DNA of 64,000 bases, from the NCBI GenBank assembly GCA_026984035.1, contig JALSSW010000070.1:571-64570 (forward strand), in the 5' to 3' direction. Both the position numbers and the translations under genes were made by a program. The DNA comes from Planctomycetota bacterium. GTDB lineage: Bacteria; Planctomycetota; UBA1135; GCA-002748355. Positions 54,614 to 63,703 of the stretch are shown here, piece by piece; position 1 is the stretch's first letter, and every line of letters starts with the position of its first letter. Under the pieces are notes generated by a model that saw nothing but the letters and a program-made list of their open reading frames with translations, searched no databases and was not told the origin of the DNA.

Positions 54614-55828
54614 CTACGCAGTTACAGGCAAAAGTCGGGTTTTTAAATCTTTGAGATGCAAGTGTGCGTGTGCCTTGGCCATTCTCAGGAATGCGTCCTC
54701 GAGGTGAGATTTGTGAACTTCGCTCAGTTCTTCGAGCTGGAAGATGCGTTCGATCTCTTCTTTGGCGAGCCGGAGATGTTCTTGGCGGATGTGATCCAAA
54801 CCGAAGGCTTTGGCCTTTTGCCGATGGATAAAGCGTGTGATCCCTCGCTCCAAAATCGGTGTTGCCTCTTCGGCTAATGCTTGGCGTTCTTCGAGGTTTG
54901 CATCACTGATTTCTCGAAGTTGGTCCATGTCGAGGAGTGTTATTCCTTCGATCTGCGTGCAGCTTTTGGCGATATTGGGAGGGGATCCAAGGTCGGTAAG
55001 GACAATTGGGTGTTGTTGGCTGAGGACTTTTGCGCAGGTCGGATCGATGATCGGCTCCGTGGCGCTGACTGCCGTGAGAATGGCGTCAAAGCTGTGTCGG
55101 CCTTTGAGAACATCCGTGAGCGATAGGGTCGTTCCTCCATGATCATCGGCGAGATCCTGGGCTTTCGCGGCGGTGCGATTCACAAAGAAAAGTTCGCAGG
55201 GACTTCCCCTCAGGAATGCATCGGCGGCTTTCTTGGCCATGATTCCTGCTCCGACAATGGCGATGCGGGGGTTCTTGATTCCCTGTTTGTTGAGGAGGTT
55301 TCTTGTGGCTGTGACTCCAACGGAGGCAACGGAAACTGCTTGGGTTCCGAGCCCGGTCTTTCGACGGATTTCTTTGGCTGTTCTGAGGGCGGCTTGAAAC
55401 ACTTCCTCAAGAAGGGGGGTTATGTCCTTGCGCTCCCTGGACGTTTGAACCGCCAGGCGAACTTGACCGGAGATTTGGTTTTCGCCGACAACCATAGATT
55501 CAATCGAACTCGCGACTCGGAAGAGGTGCCTGGCGGCTTGGATTCCTTGGAGTTGTTGACCGGGAACTTTAGAGAAGGCCTGAAGTAGAGATGCGGGGAT
55601 GTGTGGGGTTCCCTGTTCGAGTTCGAGATAGATTTCTCTCCGGTTACAGGTGCACAGGAGAACAAAGCCTTTGATCCACCCCTGCGCCTTCTCCTGAATC
55701 AGGACCTGGAGCAGTTCCTCAGGGCTTCCGACCTCCCCGATTCTACTGGGGGGGGTAAAGCGGTGGCTCGTTCCAATGAGATGGAGATTCTTCACTCTTG
55801 CCTCCGGTTGTCCAACAGAGCTAGGCAT
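54614..55828 (-). CDS. hemA: Glutamyl-tRNA reductase
   Basis: LLCTCNRREIYL active-site Cys motif. IAIVGAGIMAKKAA NADPH fold. An in-frame GTG at 55795 lies 5 nt after GGAGG and may be the true start. Confidence 0.93.
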   Translation of the reverse strand: MPSSVGQPEARVKNLHLIGTSHRFTPPSRIGEVGSPEELLQVLIQEKAQGWIKGFVLLCTCNRREIYLELEQGTPHIPASLLQAFSKVPGQQLQGIQAARHLFRVASSIESMVVGENQISGQVRLAVQTSRERKDITPLLEEVFQAALRTAKEIRRKTGLGTQAVSVASVGVTATRNLLNKQGIKNPRIAIVGAGIMAKKAADAFLRGSPCELFFVNRTAAKAQDLADDHGGTTLSLTDVLKGRHSFDAILTAVSATEPIIDPTCAKVLSQQHPIVLTDLGSPPNIAKSCTQIEGITLLDMDQLREISDANLEERQALAEEATPILERGITRFIHRQKAKAFGLDHIRQEHLRLAKEEIERIFQLEELSEVHKSHLEDAFLRMAKAHAHLHLKDLKTRLLPVTA

Positions 55829-56124
55829 TATCGAGTGGAGTTTCCTCGCATTGTCAGCCCAGTGTCATGGGGGGACTTTTTCCTCTTCTGCGACAAATTG
55901 CGCCATAACTGGGGATTGGCTTGGGAGTTCGGAGCCTAGCGGGGTTCTTCTCTCCACCGGGAACCCCCATGCCTTCGAAAAAAACAGCCCAATGGCAAGC
56001 TTTGGGGACTGCTTGGAAGGTTTCCTTGCCAGGGTTTGCTATACTTCTCCTCTTCCAAAACAAGGATTCTTCCTGCCTTCCTTTTAGACATCTTGACCGT
56101 TTTCTTCTTTTCTTCCGGACTCGA

Positions 56125-57324
56125 ATGCTCACAAGATCCATTCTTCCACTCTTCTTGACGGGATCGCTTCTTGCCCAGGTTTCTTATGGGGTGGGGTATC
56201 GAGATGTTGTTCTCCCCAACCCCACAGCTCAGGGATCCAGGAACCTTGCATGCCGGATTGCCTATCCTGCCGACTCCACCGGTCCTAATGCCCCAATGAT
56301 CGGTCGCCTTGGAGGTTGGAAAACCTGTGTGTTCCTCCATGGGTTTAACAGCCTTGGAAAGCATTACATGGAGCTTGCTTATCGCTTCGCGAGTCGAGGA
56401 TGGATCATCGTCCTCTCCGATACCGCACAATCGGACTTTAAACTTCAGATCAAAGACGGGCAGGCTTTACTCCCTGCCCTCAAGCAGGAAAACCTAAGAC
56501 GGGGCTCTGTTTTCTACCAATCGATGCGAATCGATCAGGTGGCCCTCTTGGGGCACTCCTTTGGCGGAGCGAATATCTTCCATGTTCTTGCGGGGAACCC
56601 CGGTTATGTAGGGGGCGTCTCCTATTCTCCTTACCTGGGAAAGAAGACGGATTACGTGAAAACAGTCGCCCCTCTGATCCAAGTCCCCATGCTTGTGATT
56701 GGTGGCGCCGGTGAGCAAATTGCCCCTTGGAAAACTCACGCCAAAACTGCTTTCGATCAGCTTTCGTCCTTTCTTCGCTTTAAGATCTTTTATCTCTGCA
56801 ACAAAAATGCGGATCATTACAACTTGGTCGCTTGGGTTTTGAGAGGGAAAAAGGTGGATCGCGAAGTCTTTGAGAATTCGCAAGATATTGCTCAATCCTT
56901 TTTGGAGTTTGTTCAGCGCGGAGACCCCAAGGTCATCGACGAGTTTGCAGGACCCACAGCACGAAAGGAGAAGTATTTTCAAGCCCTCGAGTCGGATGTC
57001 GAGGAACCCCTCTATTTTCGCACAGGCTCGGACTGCATTGGCGGCCGTGTAGAATTCCACGCAATTGCACGACCCGGCCTCGCAGCTCATTTGTTTGCTT
57101 TTGGCTTGGGAAAGGTGAAGACTCCTTTTGGATTTTTGCGCTTGGACCTTTTTACCACGACCCTTTTTGGTCAGTCCATTGTCCCCTCAAATGGGTGGTC
57201 ACGTTCAGGCTTGGTTCTCCCCAACAACCCTTCTCTTCGGGGCTTGAAGATTTTTTTCCAGGTTCTTGCGGCCGGTCGCAAAGGTTATCGTTTTGGAAAC
57301 CCGATTTCGCTGACCATCCAATAG
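56125..57324 (+). CDS. Secreted alpha/beta hydrolase (lipase / PAF-acetylhydrolase / dienelactone-hydrolase-like)
   Basis: Trimmed to ATG 56125, where a signal peptide starts (MLTRSILPLFLTGSLLAQ). Nucleophile elbow LLGHSFGG. C-terminal LVLPNNPSLRGLKIFFQVLAAGRKGYRFGNPISLTI motif. Confidence 0.7.
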   Translation: MLTRSILPLFLTGSLLAQVSYGVGYRDVVLPNPTAQGSRNLACRIAYPADSTGPNAPMIGRLGGWKTCVFLHGFNSLGKHYMELAYRFASRGWIIVLSDTAQSDFKLQIKDGQALLPALKQENLRRGSVFYQSMRIDQVALLGHSFGGANIFHVLAGNPGYVGGVSYSPYLGKKTDYVKTVAPLIQVPMLVIGGAGEQIAPWKTHAKTAFDQLSSFLRFKIFYLCNKNADHYNLVAWVLRGKKVDREVFENSQDIAQSFLEFVQRGDPKVIDEFAGPTARKEKYFQALESDVEEPLYFRTGSDCIGGRVEFHAIARPGLAAHLFAFGLGKVKTPFGFLRLDLFTTTLFGQSIVPSNGWSRSGLVLPNNPSLRGLKIFFQVLAAGRKGYRFGNPISLTIQ

Positions 57325-57341
57325 CCGGAGAATGAAGGGGA

Positions 57342-60300
57342 TTAACCCCTCCGGATCGAACATTCGAGGATGTGAACGGGGGCTTTACTCCCTTTTCGTT
57401 CAAGAATGAGAAAGCCTGTTTGCTTGCGAAGGGGGCTAAGATTGATTCGGAAAAGTGGGATTGGATCTCCCTTCTTTGCGAGTGGGGTCCATGGGATTAG
57501 GACTTTTCGTTTAGCCCCATCTGTGGAGCGAAAGAGGACGCGGAAAAGGGGCCTGGGGGCGGAGGTTCTATTGTTCGGAATGGCTGCGCGAACCCGGAGA
57601 ATTCCGCCCTCGGGGGGAATGGATACTGGGAGGGGGATGGCAGCTTGATTGGATTGGTTCTTTGGAAAGAGGAGGGTTGGGGAATGAAAGCTTCCATCTG
57701 AAAACGGAACCGCAAAGCTGTTTCGGTAGAGGTTCCTTGGTGTGACATTGCGAGCTTGGAAAATGCTGTCGAAAAGGGGGAAGGTTCGGGCTTGATCAAG
57801 GACAAATGAGTGTTTTCCCTCCTGAAGGGTTTCAATTTCGATCCTGAATCTCCGGGACTGATCGTGGGGGGGCAGGGTGAGGAGGAGACGAACAAGGCCA
57901 GGAGCGATCCTCCCTTCGAAAACTTGCTTTCCTTCGACAATCACACGCATTTTGGAAAGGCAGGTGACCTCGCCTTGGAGAAAGAGACGCTGCTCTTTGG
58001 GCCCGAGAAGTGTCGGACCTTTTAGGAGAAGGATCCCCCCTCTTTTGTTAGGGAGTCGGGAGTCCCCAGCGGGAACCGCATGAAAAAGCCTGCTCTCGGG
58101 TTCACGAAGAAATCGAGGGAATTTTTTTGGCGATAGGTCAGTTCCCATGAACTTCAATGCAAAGATTTGGGTCCCGTCCTCATCGAAAGATTTGGGTTGG
58201 ATGTTCCAAATTTCCTCACCATCCAAGGTGTGGATGGAATAACCGAGGGTATCGGCTGTGCTTGCAGGGTCCCGCTCTCGAGTGGGAGTGGAGTGGATCA
58301 AGGATAGAAAGGATGGGTGTCCCGTTTTGTCCATCTGCTTGGGAGCGATCCGGGTATCCCGGATAGCAATGAGTTCGCCCTGTGCGAGCCGGGGTGGGAG
58401 GAGAAGTGAGGGGCCTCGAGCTTCAATGAAGACCCTTTCCCGGGCAGGAAGAGGGATTGGAAGTTCCAGGAGGAACCCCCCTTGGGAAAGGGGGGGGAGA
58501 CGGATTTCTGGGAGAGAATGAGCAGGAGCAAGATAGACTGTCCCAAAACCTGCTTCATGGAGGCTGAGGCCGGCGGGATTCGTAGGACGTCCAGGGGGAG
58601 CCGGGCTTCGGCCTGGGAACCTTGGCCCAAAAGCCGCGAGCCCTTGATCTCCTGCGGGAAGACCGGACCAGAATTGGAGCAGAAGGGAGGCAGGGAGGCC
58701 CAGTGAAATACCGTTTTTTGCCAGAGGGAAAAGAAAAAGGGCCGGGGCTTTTTTTCCCTGGAAGAAGGGGGCTAATAGAGCGACTTCGCTTGGGGGGAGC
58801 CAAGTGGATTGGAAAACATGTTTTTTTCCCGCTCGAATGGGGAGAAAAAGGAGATTGGGGCTTGGGATTTGTGAGAGTCTGTTTCGATGAAGGCGAAGGG
58901 CGGCCCTGGCGATTTGGCGTATGTTCAGGTTTTTTTCAGGAGGGAGACTTCTCCATGGAAGGACTTGGCCCGAGAGGTTGATTTTGGATTGGGTAATTTT
59001 CGCGATCCAAGCGTGGAGGCTTGATGAGGATTCGGGTCCGAAAAAAGAGAGGGAGAGTTCCTCGCTTGTGGGTGAAAACCCCCCACCCAGCGAGATGGGT
59101 ATTATAAGCGCCTGGGCTTGAGAGGGAGCGGGTTTTGGAGGGGAAACCTTCTTCTCAAATTGGGAGATAGGGCTTCCATTACCTTCGTGAGAATATCGCA
59201 GTTGCAGAAGAGCACTAGCAGGTTTGAGGCCTCGGATTTGAAGAGAAAGCCCCTCTCCTTTTCCCCAGTCTTCTCGATCAAAGAGGGTGAAGGTTTTGTC
59301 GACATAGGGGAATCCCTCTGAAACGGCGATCCGGCGGGTCCAATGCTTACCTGCTTTGATCTGGATGTTTCCTTGGATACGAAGTTGGAGGCGCAGACGC
59401 AGAGCACTTGCCGGAATCGGCAGCTGAAAGGAAATCCCCGATGCAGTCCCTAAGGGGACACCCATACCCATCCCATGAGAAAGGGGCACCCTATCCATGG
59501 CCAGCCCCAGTCGGTGGAGAGCCCCAGCTTCATTGAAATCAAAGAAAAAAGAGTCTCCCAAAATGGTGAGTGCCCCATGGTTTTCGGGGGAGGTGATTTC
59601 GCGGCCGTTAATGATGGCGTGGACCTGTGTAAGCAGGGTTTTACTTTGAGGCAGGAAAGCTTGGGGGATCCTGGTTGATAAGAGGACATTGTTCCCTTGG
59701 ATCTGAATGGCCAGGGGGAGCATGGCCATAGGGCCAATCGCCGGGCCAAAACTCAGCCAGGCTTTGCTTGGGGGTGCGCTTACATCCAGAATTGTGGCCG
59801 AGACAGGAAGGTCAAAACGTCGGTCAACCTCTTGGGCTGGCTCATAGGACAGAATCTCAAGAGCGCGTGGCCGAATCTGAATTTTGGCATGTTCCCCCTG
59901 CTCTTGGATTTTCCCCCCTTGGAGGAGCCAGCTTCTTTTTGAAGGGTCCTCCCCGACAAAACTTCCCCACTGCTCCGCTGAATGGTCGCCCCGGATCGAA
60001 GGGGCTGCTCGAATTACAGCTCGTCGCGCCCCCTCTTTCGGGTTGGAAAAAAGGGACAGCCCATAATTTTCGGTAGCGCACCAAGCTTGCCCGGTTCGAT
60101 CCAAGATGAGGCTCCCATGCGTTTGTTCGATTTTTTCGAGATCCCGGAGGAGTTGGGGTGAGAGTTGTAACCCCTTAGATCCAGGTATTTGTGAAGGCCC
60201 CGGCTTGCGGGTGAGCAGGAAGCGGATCGCGGCTCTTGCCCGAGACAGAGCGGTAGGAAGCTGAAGGGTTTCCGCCGCATCAATGAGGATGGAACCTACT

Positions 60301-62069
60301 TCCCCAAAGTCATTGTTGATGTCTAGGGCGAGGTTGGATTGGAGGAAAGCTCCCCTGCTTCGATCTAAAAGGGATGGGGTTGCAGCGCTGATTTGGAGCT
60401 TGGACAGCTCGAGAAGCCAGATGCGTGCGTTTGCTGAAAATGAATGTCCTTCTTTGGTTTTTGCAAGGCCAAGAGAGAGGGCGAGAGCATCCAGTGCTGT
60501 TTGTGAACGGAGGGGGGAAGGAAAAGACTGAGGTGCAAGGAAGCGGAGCTTGGGGTCGGGGATGGGGGGGGTGCGGTGCCGGGATTCGAAGGCCTTCATC
60601 AGAGATGCAGCCGCCTTAACTGCTTTGGAGTTCTCCTTTTTCCCGTAGGCGAGGAGGAAACGGCCGCAAGCGAGAGTCCCGGCAGCATCCTCAATAAAGG
60701 CGTTTCGAATGGGGCTTAGATCTTCCCTGAAAAAACTGGCAATGGAGCCCCTTGGGGTTTGATTCTCCATGAGAAAACGAGCAAGTCTCTCGCATAAGGC
60801 CCTTACTTCTCTGGCCTGCTCTGCCTGAAGGAGGGGTAAGATGCTCCACAGGATCAGTCCCACCCGGGAACAAGCCTCTGTGGAGAAGGGTTCCTTGTCC
60901 CTAAGGAGCCAATTCTCACTTTTTTTGGGATTCCCCGAAAAGTGGGTCCGAAAGAGACCACCCTTCTTCGGGACCCAACGGAGGAGAGATAGGGTGTCCC
61001 CTATTCGCTGCCAGGCGAGGGCTTGTTGCGCTTGGTTTAGGGGGGAGCCCTTGGAATTCTTGCGGAGGGTCTCCAACAGGTGGGCAGCTATCATTAATGG
61101 ACCTTGGGGGGCAGTCAGGTCGTGAATAAGCGAAGTCCCTTTTTGCCAACCTTTTACCTGATGATCAAGCCGATGGAGGAGGCCGATGGTTGTTTCAGTG
61201 CGGAGGCTTCTCCAGCTTTTTCCCAATAAACCCAGGCCGGTTTTTTTTTGTCCTTCTTTCCAAATCGTGGAAAGAAGGGGCTGGAAGGCTTCCTCCGGGG
61301 CCGAATCTGGGAAGAAGTGGAGCTGGCCTTGGACCTCGAGGTCTTCTTCTCTCAGAGGAAAGGTTCTTTCGGGAGTTTCAATGACCTGCCCGGAAAGGAC
61401 ACCCGTTTGACCGAAGCCAAACTCAAGCAAAACCCCTTTCTTTTTTTCCGAGGAGAGGACCAAGGGAAGTCGACGTTTTTCTCGAAGATTTCCTATCTTG
61501 GGAGTGAGGGCCAGGGATCCCCTTTGATCCCCCAGGAGGAGGAATGGGGCGGCGAAGGCTTTTTCAGGGAAGAGGTTGCCATCAGTGGAGGGAAAGGTTT
61601 GCTCAATCCGAGGAAGGGGGCCACTTCGGATCCAACGAAAGAGGAGTGTGATACGGCTTGCTTTGGTTTGAATCCCGATTTCGTCCCGAAAGCGAAAGGA
61701 GAGGATGGGGTGCTTGCTTCCTTTCCCTTGGGCTTTGCGGTCGAAATGAAGGATAAATCGATGTTCGCGAGGGATCTCGCCTTCGAAAAAAAGGCTTTTT
61801 TTGTCCAGTTTCTGGGCTCGGAGGGGGATCAATGTTTCCCGGACGCTTCCATCCGAGAGGACTTGGTGCAAGCGGACTCCTTCGAATCGGAGAAGAGGGA
61901 TTTGGGCCTTCGTTTTGGAGGAAGGGGAAGCTTCCTCCTTCATGTGGATCTCCCAACCATCCTTGGTCCAGGTCCAGCCCAGATTTTGTGAGGGAACCTG
62001 GGTTTGAATCCTCGCCCCTGTGAAGAAGAGAGAGAAGAAAATGAAGAGCTTGTGTCCGAAGGCATTCAT
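57342..62069 (-). CDS. Giant secreted protein (about 1575 aa) of unknown function
   Basis: Uninterrupted 1598-aa ORF trimmed to ATG 62069 (MNAFGHKLFIFFSLFFTGARIQTQ signal peptide). I found no HExxH, CGEQ thioester or other catalytic signature. One helical stretch (ACSRVGLILWSILPLLQAEQAREVRALCERLARFLMENQTPRGS) looks like an alpha/alpha-toroid repeat. Confidence 0.7.
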   Translation of the reverse strand: MNAFGHKLFIFFSLFFTGARIQTQVPSQNLGWTWTKDGWEIHMKEEASPSSKTKAQIPLLRFEGVRLHQVLSDGSVRETLIPLRAQKLDKKSLFFEGEIPREHRFILHFDRKAQGKGSKHPILSFRFRDEIGIQTKASRITLLFRWIRSGPLPRIEQTFPSTDGNLFPEKAFAAPFLLLGDQRGSLALTPKIGNLREKRRLPLVLSSEKKKGVLLEFGFGQTGVLSGQVIETPERTFPLREEDLEVQGQLHFFPDSAPEEAFQPLLSTIWKEGQKKTGLGLLGKSWRSLRTETTIGLLHRLDHQVKGWQKGTSLIHDLTAPQGPLMIAAHLLETLRKNSKGSPLNQAQQALAWQRIGDTLSLLRWVPKKGGLFRTHFSGNPKKSENWLLRDKEPFSTEACSRVGLILWSILPLLQAEQAREVRALCERLARFLMENQTPRGSIASFFREDLSPIRNAFIEDAAGTLACGRFLLAYGKKENSKAVKAAASLMKAFESRHRTPPIPDPKLRFLAPQSFPSPLRSQTALDALALSLGLAKTKEGHSFSANARIWLLELSKLQISAATPSLLDRSRGAFLQSNLALDINNDFGEVGSILIDAAETLQLPTALSRARAAIRFLLTRKPGPSQIPGSKGLQLSPQLLRDLEKIEQTHGSLILDRTGQAWCATENYGLSLFSNPKEGARRAVIRAAPSIRGDHSAEQWGSFVGEDPSKRSWLLQGGKIQEQGEHAKIQIRPRALEILSYEPAQEVDRRFDLPVSATILDVSAPPSKAWLSFGPAIGPMAMLPLAIQIQGNNVLLSTRIPQAFLPQSKTLLTQVHAIINGREITSPENHGALTILGDSFFFDFNEAGALHRLGLAMDRVPLSHGMGMGVPLGTASGISFQLPIPASALRLRLQLRIQGNIQIKAGKHWTRRIAVSEGFPYVDKTFTLFDREDWGKGEGLSLQIRGLKPASALLQLRYSHEGNGSPISQFEKKVSPPKPAPSQAQALIIPISLGGGFSPTSEELSLSFFGPESSSSLHAWIAKITQSKINLSGQVLPWRSLPPEKNLNIRQIARAALRLHRNRLSQIPSPNLLFLPIRAGKKHVFQSTWLPPSEVALLAPFFQGKKAPALFLFPLAKNGISLGLPASLLLQFWSGLPAGDQGLAAFGPRFPGRSPAPPGRPTNPAGLSLHEAGFGTVYLAPAHSLPEIRLPPLSQGGFLLELPIPLPARERVFIEARGPSLLLPPRLAQGELIAIRDTRIAPKQMDKTGHPSFLSLIHSTPTRERDPASTADTLGYSIHTLDGEEIWNIQPKSFDEDGTQIFALKFMGTDLSPKKFPRFLREPESRLFHAVPAGDSRLPNKRGGILLLKGPTLLGPKEQRLFLQGEVTCLSKMRVIVEGKQVFEGRIAPGLVRLLLTLPPHDQSRRFRIEIETLQEGKHSFVLDQARTFPLFDSIFQARNVTPRNLYRNSFAVPFSDGSFHSPTLLFPKNQSNQAAIPLPVSIPPEGGILRVRAAIPNNRTSAPRPLFRVLFRSTDGAKRKVLIPWTPLAKKGDPIPLFRINLSPLRKQTGFLILERKGSKAPVHILECSIRRG

Positions 62070-62211
62070 GGGGGAGAAGGGGATTGTATCCCCAGCTCCC
62101 CCAGGGGCGCTATGCCGAAGAAGAATGAGGAAACTCAATCTTCCTTTTCAGTTCATTTCCATCTTGGGCCAGGTGAAAACTCCTGGAAGCTGAAATGGTT
62201 TCGTTAGATCT

Positions 62212-63432
62212 TTAGAGGACGATGAGGTGGGAGACCTTGAAGAGGATGTTATCAATAGAGCTTCCACTGTCGGGGTCGATGTTCTGCAGAGTGAAGTCCA
62301 CAAGAACCTTGTGTTTGTGCCCATTGAAAAATTTCCCCCCCATAATTGTGATTTCGCTGGCGTTCCCATTCGCGGAGAGCGAGCTTCCGCCGCTGGAATG
62401 GGTGGTCACACTGATCAGGGGGTTTACCCCTGTGTCATCATCGATGTCGACCCAAGAATAGCGGCCCCCGAAAACCCACATGGACTCGGTAGTGTAGGTT
62501 CCTTGGAGAGTAAATCCCGTCGCACTAGCATCGGCTGTTCCACCATCGACCTCGGCAGAACGAAGGAAGAAATCCAGCATTCCGCTGATCCCGTTGATCT
62601 TCACCGCAGCGGAGATATTGAAGGAGATGCTCTGGGAGTCGACGCCTGTCCCTTCATTTCCGATCCAAACTCCGGCGCCGATGGACCAGCGAAGATCTTC
62701 ACTTCGCTTGAGATCCCCCTGAGAGAAGCCCATTCGGCTCAAACCACCCTTGTTGTCGCTGTCCAAGGTCGCTCCGATCCCATAGTTGAGTTTGACATCG
62801 GCATTGGAGGAGTCCTCACCTTGGCCTGAGAGTCTTGTTCCCTTAGCGATGGTTGAGTTAAAGGCGCCTGCGAAGACATGAAGTCTATTCTCCATCCCAC
62901 TGAGGATCAGGTTGGCTCCCCTGGAGCGTTGTCCTGAAAAGGTTCCTGAAGCTAGGGAGGAGTCGGTAAAAAGCCGCTTCGTGGATGAACCGGTCTGCTC
63001 GCGACCAAAGAGGGGTTTTTGTTGTCCCGCTCTAATGGAGATTCCCATTTGATTGTTGTGCCAGAGTCTTTGCTCAATCCAAGCATCCTTGACTGAAGTT
63101 GTGCTTGCACCATCCACGATGAGTTTAAGCTTGGTTTCATGGCCGATTTTGGCCTTGAGACCGATGCGGGCTTCTTTGATGGCGAAGTCCGTTTTGTTTT
63201 GAGGGAGATCCCCAGCGATCATGTCAAAGCGTTGGAGGAGGTGCCCATAAAGGGTTGCCTGGTTTTCTCCCTTCTTGAACACAATGCCCTTTCCCAATTT
63301 CCAATGAACCTGAGTTCCCCCTTGTAGAGCGGGAATCCGAACTCGTTCCATCGCAGAGTCCCCCTCGCCGGCAAAGGCAGGGGCAGAGAATAGGCTGAAA
63401 ATCAATAGGCTGAATCCGATGGATTGTTTCAA
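62212..63432 (-). CDS. Outer-membrane porin, OprO/OprP (phosphate-selective porin O/P) like
   Basis: IRAGQQKPLFGREQTGSSTKRLFTDSSLAS resembles the Porin_O_P core, with alternating beta-strand character throughout. The ORF track start is TTG 63483. I prefer TTG 63432, 8 nt after GGAG, which gives the signal peptide MKQSIGFSLLIFSLFSAPAFA. Confidence 0.6.
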   Translation of the reverse strand: MKQSIGFSLLIFSLFSAPAFAGEGDSAMERVRIPALQGGTQVHWKLGKGIVFKKGENQATLYGHLLQRFDMIAGDLPQNKTDFAIKEARIGLKAKIGHETKLKLIVDGASTTSVKDAWIEQRLWHNNQMGISIRAGQQKPLFGREQTGSSTKRLFTDSSLASGTFSGQRSRGANLILSGMENRLHVFAGAFNSTIAKGTRLSGQGEDSSNADVKLNYGIGATLDSDNKGGLSRMGFSQGDLKRSEDLRWSIGAGVWIGNEGTGVDSQSISFNISAAVKINGISGMLDFFLRSAEVDGGTADASATGFTLQGTYTTESMWVFGGRYSWVDIDDDTGVNPLISVTTHSSGGSSLSANGNASEITIMGGKFFNGHKHKVLVDFTLQNIDPDSGSSIDNILFKVSHLIVL

Positions 63433-63577
63433 AGCGGTGACTCCTTTTGGTTTGATTTTTTTCTCCCTGTTTGAGGGAGGCAAAGATGAGGGGAGAAATT
63501 AGGTTCTACTTGTGAATGAGTGGAGAACAGAATGTGAAGGTTTTATGAATTCCGTTTGTATTCAAAGAGATCGAATG

Positions 63578-63612
63578 AAAAAAGGCGGGGAAACAGATTC
63601 TGTTTCCTCGCC
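63578..63612 (-). terminator. Rho-independent terminator of the upstream porin paralog
   Basis: The minus strand reads GGCGAGGAAACAG-AAT-CTGTTTCCCCGCC followed by TTTTTT. This is a 13-bp stem with one G:T pair (63584-63612) and a U-tract (63578-63583). Confidence 0.8.
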
Positions 63613-63703
63613 TTCTTTCTTATGAATCAATCGGGATAGGCCCTTTTGATCCTTTTAGGAATGAGGCAGATTGATTCTCGGCCTCATTGTTTGAATCCTT
63701 CGA

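Noticed and set aside
55748-55755. G8/C8 homopolymers in hemA (55748-55755), galK (43745-43752) and the giant ORF (58490-58497, 60574-60581), and the A7+C8 run at 2839-2855, as phase-variation switches
   Set aside because: They sit in housekeeping or very long genes and simply encode PP, GG or KK runs. Their frequency suggests compositional habit rather than contingency loci. Only the A11 tract in island gene 2 is retained as a finding.
328-61000. GGGACACCC as a by-product of a conserved Gly-Thr-Pro peptide motif
   Set aside because: Only 8 of 21 copies encode G-T-P. Six are in the x-D-T phase, three in the G-H-P phase, three are antisense and one is intergenic. Even the G-T-P copies always use the same three codons. 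A peptide-level explanation is insufficient.
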